Origin: an uncultured Bacilli bacterium | GTDB lineage: Bacteria; Bacillota_I; Bacilli_A; RF39; UBA660 | Direction: 5' to 3' | DNA: 64,000 nt | Assembly: GCA_944329425.1 (NCBI GenBank) | Contig: CALVIG010000002.1 | Coordinates: 593 to 64,592 of the forward strand | Shown: one piece after another, positions 57,227 to 64,000 of the stretch | Position numbering within the stretch: position 1 is the stretch's first letter | How the letters are laid out: every line of letters begins with the position of its first letter | Program-made: the position numbers and the translations under genes | Notes under the pieces: generated by a model | The model's database searches: none | The model's input: the letters and a program-made list of their open reading frames with translations, nothing else | Told to the model about the DNA's origin: nothing

Positions 57227-58465
57227 ATGTATGATGTTACTATAATAGGTGCTGGAGCATCAGGAGTTATGTGCGCGTTAGCACTAAAAGAAAAAGATAA
57301 AAACTTAAAAGTATTATTACTTGAAAAAAATGATAAATTAGGTAAGAAACTTTCCATAACGGGAAACGGACGTTGTAATTTAGGAAACATAAACACCGAT
57401 ATTTCTAACTTTAATAGCAAGTCAGATTTAAGTAATTTTAAAAAAAACTTAGAAACCAGAAATTTTGAATTTTTAAATAAATTAGATAATCTAAACAATT
57501 TAGAAAGCTATTATGATTATTTAATTCGCTTTGGCGTTTTGTTAACAAAAGAAAAAGAGTATTTATATCCATACTCGATGCAGGCAGTAAGTGTTTGTAA
57601 GTCCTTTGAAAGATGTTTAAATCCTTTGAACGTAGAAATAAAGTATAATTATGATGTTTCAAAAGTTTCTAAAAAAGCTGATGTTTTTACTATAAATGAT
57701 GATATAAAAAGTAAGGTAGTTGTTGTTGCAACAGGTGGTAAATCATATCCTAAAACGGGGTCTACTGGGAAAGGTTATAATATATTAAAAAGTTTTGGTC
57801 ATACCATTACGGATTTATACCCAAGCCTTACTCAACTTAAAACCAATTATAAATATATTAAAGATTTACAAGGAGTAAGAGTAAACGCTAAAGTTAGCTT
57901 ATGTGTTAATGAAAAAATAGAAACAAAAGAGAATGGTCAGGTTCAATTTACCAAAGAAGCATTATCAGGTATATGCATATTTAATTTATCAAGGAACGTA
58001 GGAAAATATATAAAAGAAAATAAAAAAGTTAAGATAATTATTGATTTAATACCTAATTATGACCAGTTTGGATTAGTAGAATACTTAAAAAGTTTTTCTT
58101 CATATTCAATTGTTGATGCATTATCATGCGTGATAAATAATAAATTATCTTTTGTTATTTCAAAAGAATTAGGATTTGCTAATAAAAAAATGGAAGATTT
58201 AACAAAAGTACAACTTGAAAATGTTTGTTTTGCTTTGAAAAACATGTGTTTTAACATTACTGGTACGGGAGATTTTGAGACTGCTCAGGTAACAAATGGA
58301 GGGGCAAGCCTTGACGAATTTGATTGTAACTTACAGTCAATTAAATGTAAAGATTTATATGCTATTGGTGAAGTCATTGACGTAGATGGTAAATGTGGAG
58401 GATATAACCTTTCCTGGGCTTTTACTAGTGCAATAATTGTTTCAGATGGTATTTTAAAAAAATAA
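57227..58465 (+). CDS. HI0933/BaiN-family FAD-dependent flavoprotein (aminoacetone oxidase family)
   Basis: MYDVTIIGAGASGVMCA...GNGRCNL signature of the HI0933-like family. 412 aa. Confidence 0.75.
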   Translation: MYDVTIIGAGASGVMCALALKEKDKNLKVLLLEKNDKLGKKLSITGNGRCNLGNINTDISNFNSKSDLSNFKKNLETRNFEFLNKLDNLNNLESYYDYLIRFGVLLTKEKEYLYPYSMQAVSVCKSFERCLNPLNVEIKYNYDVSKVSKKADVFTINDDIKSKVVVVATGGKSYPKTGSTGKGYNILKSFGHTITDLYPSLTQLKTNYKYIKDLQGVRVNAKVSLCVNEKIETKENGQVQFTKEALSGICIFNLSRNVGKYIKENKKVKIIIDLIPNYDQFGLVEYLKSFSSYSIVDALSCVINNKLSFVISKELGFANKKMEDLTKVQLENVCFALKNMCFNITGTGDFETAQVTNGGASLDEFDCNLQSIKCKDLYAIGEVIDVDGKCGGYNLSWAFTSAIIVSDGILKK

Positions 58466-58546
58466 ATGATTAATAAACATTTATTTTTTTGTTGTTTAAT
58501 AAATTAATTGATAGTATAATAAAATTATAAAGATAGGAGAAGTAAG

Positions 58547-59617
58547 ATGCATAAAGAAAAGAAGAGAAAAAGAAAATTAAGTAAGAAAGCTAAAATTATA
58601 ATCGTAGTATTTTTATTGATCGTTATTGGTGTGCTATCATGTGTTTTATTGATGCAAGATAAAGAAAAAAAAGAAGCACCACAAAAGAAAAAAGAAATAA
58701 CAAAAGAGGAAAAGAAAATCCAAATAGTTGATTTATCATCTAATTCTAGGCCATATGCCGTTATGATAAATAATAATAAAGCAGTATGGGGATATCAAGC
58801 AGGCTTACAAGATGCGTACATAACTTATGAAATGATCGTTGAAGGCGGAATAACCCGTATGATGGCTCTGTTTAGGGATAAAGATACAGCTAGAATAGCA
58901 TCAGTTAGAAGTTCAAGACATTATTATTTAGATTACGTACTAGAAAATGATGCGATATACGCTCATATAGGATGGAGTCCGCAAGCTCAAAGTGATATAA
59001 AAAGTCTTGGTATAAACAACATAAGTGCTGATAATAGTAGTGCGTTTACGTGGGATAAGTCACTAAGAAATATAGCAACTGAGCACAGGGCTTATACTAC
59101 GATGGAAAAATTAAAGCAAGCAGCAGAAAAAAAAGGATATAGAACGACATCAGATAAAGACCTTTTGTTAACTTATCAAGCTGAACCTTTGGATTTGGTT
59201 AGTTATGAAGGAGCAATACCAGCTAATACCGTTAGGATACCTTATTCATCAGGTCACTTAACAAGTTATGGTTATGATGCGGAAAATAAAGTTTATAAAA
59301 GATATCAGAATAACACGGAACATAAAGACTACGTAACTGGTCAGCAATATACTGCAAAAAACATAATTACTTATAAAGTTCATAATTATACTTTAAATGA
59401 TGGTTATGCAGGTGGAAGACAAGGATTAAATAATATCGGTAGTGGGGAAGGTTATTATATTTCTGAAGGTTATGCAATTCCAATAACTTGGAAAAAAACT
59501 TCTCGTTCTTCTCAAACCGAATATAGGGTAAAAGCTACTGGCGAAGAGTTGGTAGTAAATGATGGTAATACCTTTATACAGATTCAACCCGATAGCCAAA
59601 GCTTAACAATTGAATAA
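58547..59617 (+). CDS. DUF3048 (YerB-like) secreted/lipoprotein
   Basis: N-terminal TM/signal. PYAVMINN... core resembles the DUF3048 N-domain. 356 aa. Confidence 0.55.
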   Translation: MHKEKKRKRKLSKKAKIIIVVFLLIVIGVLSCVLLMQDKEKKEAPQKKKEITKEEKKIQIVDLSSNSRPYAVMINNNKAVWGYQAGLQDAYITYEMIVEGGITRMMALFRDKDTARIASVRSSRHYYLDYVLENDAIYAHIGWSPQAQSDIKSLGINNISADNSSAFTWDKSLRNIATEHRAYTTMEKLKQAAEKKGYRTTSDKDLLLTYQAEPLDLVSYEGAIPANTVRIPYSSGHLTSYGYDAENKVYKRYQNNTEHKDYVTGQQYTAKNIITYKVHNYTLNDGYAGGRQGLNNIGSGEGYYISEGYAIPITWKKTSRSSQTEYRVKATGEELVVNDGNTFIQIQPDSQSLTIE

Positions 59618-59654
59618 TAAAGCGGTAAAAACATACAATTAAATTGGTGATTGT

Positions 59655-60479
59655 ATGTTTTTTATTAACCTTTTTCTTATAGGCATACTAATAGGTACGG
59701 CAATGATTATCCCTGGTGTTAGTGGTGGAGTTATAGCAGTTATTTTTAACGTGTATGATAAAATGATTTACTCATTGACTAATTTATTTAAAAATTTTAA
59801 AAAGAATTTTATTTTTCTTTTTATATTGGGAATGGGTATAATCATAGGAGCGGTATGGTTTAGTAAAATAATGATGTTTTTATATACGTATCACGAGTTA
59901 CCAACAAAGTTTGCGTTCATAGGGCTCATTCTTGGGGGAGTACCTTTTCTTTTTAATCAAATAAGACTTAATACTAATAAAAAAGTTAATTATATAGCTT
60001 TATTAATTAGTTTTTTAATATCTATTATTTTATTTTTTATATCCAAGAACATTTATAATATTGATTTAGATAATGATTCTAATAGTTTAATAATAAACGT
60101 ATTTAAACTTTTTTTAGCGGGAATAATTTATTCGGTAGGTAAAATAGTCCCTGGAATAAGTGGTTCCTTTCTTTTAATCATAATTGGCATGTATGAATAT
60201 GTTTTAAAGGTAATATCAAACCCTTTTTCAATCGGGTTAAATGATGTTTTTAAGCTAATACCATTTGTTTTGGGATTAGTATTTGGTATTATCGTACTGT
60301 TAAAGATTATGGATAAAATGTTAAAAAAAAGATATAGATTGGTATATAGCGTAATTATTGGTTTTGTTATTGGTTCCATTCCTGCTATAATACCATCTAT
60401 AAATGATTTTAAAGATTTATTATCTGGTTTAATCATTACGATTATTGGTTTTATATTCTCATATAAAATGTCAAAGTAG
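59655..60479 (+). CDS. DUF368 family membrane protein (PopT-type polyprenyl-phosphate transporter family)
   Basis: Two repeats containing PGVSGG / PGISGS motifs characteristic of DUF368. 274 aa polytopic. Confidence 0.7.
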   Translation: MFFINLFLIGILIGTAMIIPGVSGGVIAVIFNVYDKMIYSLTNLFKNFKKNFIFLFILGMGIIIGAVWFSKIMMFLYTYHELPTKFAFIGLILGGVPFLFNQIRLNTNKKVNYIALLISFLISIILFFISKNIYNIDLDNDSNSLIINVFKLFLAGIIYSVGKIVPGISGSFLLIIIGMYEYVLKVISNPFSIGLNDVFKLIPFVLGLVFGIIVLLKIMDKMLKKRYRLVYSVIIGFVIGSIPAIIPSINDFKDLLSGLIITIIGFIFSYKMSK

Positions 60480-60565
60480 TTAAAAACTAAAAAAAAACTA
60501 CAATGATACTTGACAACGTACTATTTTTTTTAGTATACTTAAAGAGCTTTAAGCAAAAATTAAGT

Positions 60566-60641
60566 GGTTCCGTGGTGTAGGGGTTAACACGTCTGCCTGT
60601 CACGCAGAAGATCGCGGGTTCAAATCTCGTCGGAACCGCCA
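60566..60641 (+). tRNA. tRNA-Asp (GTC)
   Basis: GGTTCCG/CGGAACC acceptor, anticodon loop CTGTCAC, CCA. Confidence 0.85.
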
Positions 60642-60654
60642 TTTTTTTTTAATT

Positions 60655-60730
60655 GGCTCTGTAGCTCAGTCGGTAGAGCACAGGACTGAAAATCCTGGTG
60701 TCGGCAGTTCGATCCTGCCCGGAGCCACCA
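60655..60730 (+). tRNA. tRNA-Phe (GAA)
   Basis: GGCTCTG acceptor, anticodon loop CTGAAAA, CCA. Terminator hairpin follows (about 60743-60775). Confidence 0.85.
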
Positions 60731-60868
60731 TTTATAAAAAAGGCAAAAGATTACGTGGTTAATCTTTTTTTAATAGGAAGATTGTAACGGTAACTTAAAT
60801 AATTTAATATAATAGTATTGAAAAATAATTTTTAAAGTGTTATAATTAGCCATGTCAAACGAAAGTTT

Positions 60869-60945
60869 GCGCTCGTAGCTCAGCTGGATAGAGCACTTGG
60901 CTACGAACCAAGGGGTCAGGGGTTCGAATCCCTTCGAGCGCGCCA
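60869..60945 (+). tRNA. tRNA-Arg (ACG)
   Basis: GCGCTCG/CGAGCGC acceptor, anticodon loop CTACGAA, CCA. Confidence 0.85.
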
Positions 60946-60995
60946 CTTTATGTATTGACTTTATTTTGGTTAGTATGATATAATCATATTGCTTT

Positions 60996-61072
60996 CGGAA
61001 AGTAGCACAATTTGGTAGTGCACGCGGTTTGGGACCGTGAGGTTGCAGGTTCAAATCCTGTCTTTCCGACCA
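60996..61072 (+). tRNA. tRNA-Pro (TGG)
   Basis: CGGAAAG/CTTTCCG acceptor, anticodon loop TTTGGGA, CCA. Own promoter TTGACT-18 nt-TATAAT (about 60955-60984). Terminator hairpin after it (about 61084-61112). Confidence 0.8.
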
Positions 61073-61142
61073 TTTGAAATTAACTATTCATTAATTTGAA
61101 TAGTTTTTTATTTATGTATGTTATAATATAGTAGGTGGTTTT

Positions 61143-61667
61143 ATGAATGCTGTTAAACTTGATACTCTTAGTCTTTGTAGATATGAACCGCGTTATACCG
61201 ATTTTAAAAATTCATTCAAAAACGATTCGAAATCAAGGTTCATTAATTCAGTTGCCGAAAGATTAGAATCTTCTATGTATGGTGATGGTTTTACTTTTCA
61301 AAGTGCATACGTAGTTCTAGATGAAAATATTCCTGTTGGATACGTTTATTTATCTTCGGTACATGATGATGAGGTCTTCTTGGAGGTTTCCGTTTTAAAG
61401 GAGTGCAGAGGCAAGAGGATAACTAATGAAATATGCGATTACTTGTTTACTAATCATAACATTAAGAGCGTAAAACTAGACATTGATCCAAGTAATAAGG
61501 CAAGTCTTATGAACGCGGAATCTTGTGGGTTTGAATTTGATGAAGAGGATTTTGAATCAAGAAATTTTATTGGGGAAATGGTTTTTTATAAAGAAAGTGA
61601 TTGTTATGTTTCAAAAAGGGAGGAAGTAAACAATGAAGCTTGTTTCTTGGAACGTTGCGGGTTTTAG
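61143..61667 (+). CDS. GNAT-family N-acetyltransferase (putative)
   Basis: 174 aa. Motif-A-like CRGKRIT. 3' end overlaps the xth start by about 35 nt. Confidence 0.4.
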   Translation: MNAVKLDTLSLCRYEPRYTDFKNSFKNDSKSRFINSVAERLESSMYGDGFTFQSAYVVLDENIPVGYVYLSSVHDDEVFLEVSVLKECRGKRITNEICDYLFTNHNIKSVKLDIDPSNKASLMNAESCGFEFDEEDFESRNFIGEMVFYKESDCYVSKREEVNNEACFLERCGF

Positions 61668-62391
61668 AGCTTGTTTAAAAAAAGGTTTTGAAGATTTTTT
61701 TTATGAGTGTGATGCTGATATATACTGTTTACAGGAAGTTAAAGCAGAGTTATCACAAATAGACTTTAATCCAAAGGATTATTATTGTTATGTTAATTCT
61801 GCTGAAAAAAAAGGATATTCTGGTACTTTGATTTATACTTTATATAAACCGCTTAATGTGTCATATGGTTTAGGTATAGATGAACACGATCATGAAGGTA
61901 GGGTAATAACTTTAGAGTTCGAAGAATATTATCTAGTTAACCAGTACGTTCCTAACGTAAAAAGGGATTTATCAAGACTAGATTATAGAATGACCTGGGA
62001 AGATGATTTAAGAAAGTATTTAAAACGTTTAGAAGAAAAAAAGCCGGTCGTGGTTTGTGGTGATTTTAACGTTGCCCATACTGAAATGGACATAAAAAAC
62101 GCTAAAGCAAACGTAGGTAACGCGGGTTTTACTTATGAAGAAAGAAACAAGTTCTCACTTTTGTTAGAAAGTGGATTTATAGATACTTATAGGTATTTTA
62201 ACCCAGATAAAAAAGACGCTTATTCTTGGTGGAGTTACATGGGAAAAGCAAGGGAAAATAACGTTGGATGGAGGATAGATTATTTTTTAGTTTCAAAAAG
62301 TATTATTGATAAGGTATCTAATCCAATTATTTATAGTGATGTTTACGGAAGTGATCATTGTCCTATCGGGATAGATTTGAAGCTTAAATAG
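61633..62391 (+). CDS. xth: Exodeoxyribonuclease III (Xth/ExoA, AP endonuclease)
   Basis: MKLVSWNVAGFRA start, QEVK, catalytic SDHCP near the C-terminus. 252 aa. Confidence 0.9.
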   Translation: MKLVSWNVAGFRACLKKGFEDFFYECDADIYCLQEVKAELSQIDFNPKDYYCYVNSAEKKGYSGTLIYTLYKPLNVSYGLGIDEHDHEGRVITLEFEEYYLVNQYVPNVKRDLSRLDYRMTWEDDLRKYLKRLEEKKPVVVCGDFNVAHTEMDIKNAKANVGNAGFTYEERNKFSLLLESGFIDTYRYFNPDKKDAYSWWSYMGKARENNVGWRIDYFLVSKSIIDKVSNPIIYSDVYGSDHCPIGIDLKLK

Positions 62392-62402
62392 TTTCTTTTT
62401 AT

Positions 62403-62479
62403 GCTCACGTAGCTCAGTTGGATAGAGTGTTACCCTCCGAAGGTAAAGGTCATGAGTTCGACTCTCATCGTGAGCGCCA
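62403..62479 (+). tRNA. tRNA-Arg (CCG)
   Basis: GCTCACG/CGTGAGC acceptor, anticodon loop CTCCGAA, CCA. Confidence 0.85.
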
Positions 62480-62483
62480 TTAT

Positions 62484-62560
62484 CGGGAAATAGCTTAATT
62501 TGGTAGAGCACTACGTTCGGGACGTAGAGGTTGCAGGTTCAAATCCTGTTTTCCCGACCA
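62484..62560 (+). tRNA. tRNA-Pro (CGG)
   Basis: CGGGAAA/TTTCCCG acceptor, anticodon loop TTCGGGA, CCA. Confidence 0.85.
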
Positions 62561-62651
62561 TTTATTAAAAAATTATTTTGCTTGATATTATCCGACATAA
62601 TTCTACTTGGTGTTGGTATTATTATAAAAAAACACAACAAGGAGGAAAGTT

Positions 62652-63089
62652 ATGGATATAAATCAAGAAAACGTACAAGAATTATTTAATTTTATAGAAA
62701 CAAAATATTTAGTTAGAAAAACCCGTAATAGTAATAAATTCGTTGAGTTAGAAGTTTATGGGTTTAGTGGTACTTATATGGTGCCAACGGGGTGCCTAAT
62801 AATTAGGTATGATAAGGTTAATGAGCAGCTAGAAGTTGATGATTTTAATTCAAAAAATGATGAAGTTGTAAAAGAATTGATTAGTGATATTAAAACAATA
62901 TTAAATGATGAATATGTTAGAAAATATAGTTTTAGAAAAAATCCAAAAATGATAATAACACATTTTAGTTTAACTGATAAGGATGAATATGTTAAATTTT
63001 TTGATGATTCTATAAAAGAAGGTTCCATATTAGAAGTAGATGATTCGAATAAGTCTTTAGTTAAAATAGGAAAACAATGGCAAAAATAA
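62652..63089 (+). CDS. Hypothetical protein (145 aa)
   Basis: ORF with GGAGGA SD between two tRNA blocks. No recognisable domain. Confidence 0.4.
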   Translation: MDINQENVQELFNFIETKYLVRKTRNSNKFVELEVYGFSGTYMVPTGCLIIRYDKVNEQLEVDDFNSKNDEVVKELISDIKTILNDEYVRKYSFRKNPKMIITHFSLTDKDEYVKFFDDSIKEGSILEVDDSNKSLVKIGKQWQK

Positions 63090-63176
63090 TGCCATTGTTT
63101 TTTTATTTGAATATTATATTAGTAAAGATGCATCTTTTAAATATGGGGGAGATTTGGCTTGAGTGATATCTTTAGT

Positions 63177-63470
63177 ATGGTTTCTGATAATATTATTCAA
63201 ATTTTAACTGCAACAATTACTGGTATAGTTGGGTATTTGGGAATAAAAATCAAGAAGATAATTGAAGATTATCTTCAAACAAAATTAAAAAAGGAAATAA
63301 TAGAAAGAACGGTTGTTTATGTAGAACAAATTGGAGAAGAGCTTACTTGTGATGAAAAAAAGAAAAAAGCAACCGAAAAAGCATTGGAATGGATGAAGGA
63401 GAAAAAGATAAACATAAGTGATACCGAACTTGAGATTTTGGTAGAAAGTGCGGTTAAGTGTTTTAAGTAA
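63177..63470 (+). CDS. LL-H-type (holin superfamily 6)-like small membrane protein
   Basis: 98 aa from the first ATG (track ORF begins at TTG 63159). N-terminal TM IIQILTATITGIVGYLGIKI. Charged helical tail VVYVEQIGEE..KKKATEKALEWMKEKKINISDTELEILVESAVKCF resembles Phage_holin_6_1 (VxYAEQ..G..KK..A....L...GI......I...IEAAVK). Hairpin terminator after the stop. Confidence 0.45.
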   Translation: MVSDNIIQILTATITGIVGYLGIKIKKIIEDYLQTKLKKEIIERTVVYVEQIGEELTCDEKKKKATEKALEWMKEKKINISDTELEILVESAVKCFK

Positions 63471-63583
63471 AAAGAGCTTTAGCTCTTTTTATAATAATTA
63501 AATTAAAAAAATTAAATTAGGTATTGCTTTTTTATTTATATTTTGATATTATTAATATGCATTTAAACAAATGCATAATTTTT

Positions 63584-63660
63584 GGGGCTTTAGCTCAGCT
63601 GGCTAGAGCGCCTCGCTTGCACCGAGGAGGTCAAGGGTTCGAATCCCTTAAGCTCCACCA
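63584..63660 (+). tRNA. tRNA-Ala (TGC)
   Basis: G3-U70 identity pair in the GGGGCTT/AAGCTCC acceptor, anticodon loop CTTGCAC, CCA. Confidence 0.85.
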
Positions 63661-63810
63661 AAAATGTGAATAATCACTTACTTATGTAGGTGATTTTTAA
63701 ATTTTATATAAATTTATGTTCATAAAAAATAAGTTTTTATAAAAAATATATTGATTTTTTAGATTTTATATAGTAGAATTAAATAGTCAGTTTTACCAGT
63801 ATTATGAAAT

Positions 63811-63887
<77 letters not shown>

Positions 63888-63902
63888 TTTTATATTTAAA
63901 CT

Positions 63903-63979
63903 GGCGCGTTGGTGAAGTGGTTTAACACACCGCCCTTTCACGGCGGCATTCATGGGTTCAAATCCCATACGCGTCACCA
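63903..63979 (+). tRNA. tRNA-Glu (TTC)
   Basis: GGCGCGT/ACGCGTC acceptor, anticodon loop CTTTCAC, CCA. Confidence 0.8.
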
Positions 63980-64000
63980 TTATGTTATTAAAAAGCCTAA

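Overview
The window is from a very AT-rich (roughly 28-30% GC by eye) Firmicute whose gene order and content are Bacillus-like. The organism appears to be an endospore former: it carries homologues of cotE, cse60, sirA, yutH-yutI, ytxG-ytxH, a YjcZ-like protein, a BclA/C1q-like collagen gene, a TasA/CalY-type protein and a SpoVE/FtsW-type SEDS protein. The first ~46 kb is mostly housekeeping in recognisable Bacillus blocks: SEDS, comEA-comEC, lexA divergent from an SOS-box-controlled mini-ORF followed by tkt-sirA-yneF, parE-parC, murJ/spoVB, trmB, rpsP-ylqC, cdsA-rseP, the fmt...rlmN-prpC-prkC-rsgA-rpe block, infC-rpmI-rplT, holA, uppP, htpG, dacB/F, rny, yutH/yutI. Lineage-specific orphan ORFs and spore-coat/envelope genes are interspersed between these blocks. 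The last ~18 kb is a tRNA-dense region: 18 tRNA genes in 7 blocks with no rRNA. Between the tRNA blocks sit gene islets: yhfW-like Rieske-flavoprotein, T-box-aspS-gatCAB, a BclA-like pseudogene, an SDR/Hrb/HI0933 operon, DUF3048-PopT, GNAT-xth, and an orphan holin-like gene. I found no CRISPR array, transposase or integrase, and no obvious complete novel defence island. The most interesting features are small-scale: a LexA-controlled single-TM mini-gene in the yneA position; ribosomal protein L20 fused to a Rho-N/SAP-like tail; an infC that seems to start at AUA behind an L20-type leader; a CIRCE-like operator on htpG; a BclA-like gene broken by an in-frame stop; a TasA-like gene replacing rsmB; a prion-like Q/N-rich protein; and several orphan gene clusters next to sporulation genes. 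Coordinates for CDS ends come from the supplied ORF track. Corrected starts were computed as codon offsets from the track ORFs. Coordinates of tRNAs, promoters and hairpins were counted by hand and may be off by 1-2 nt.
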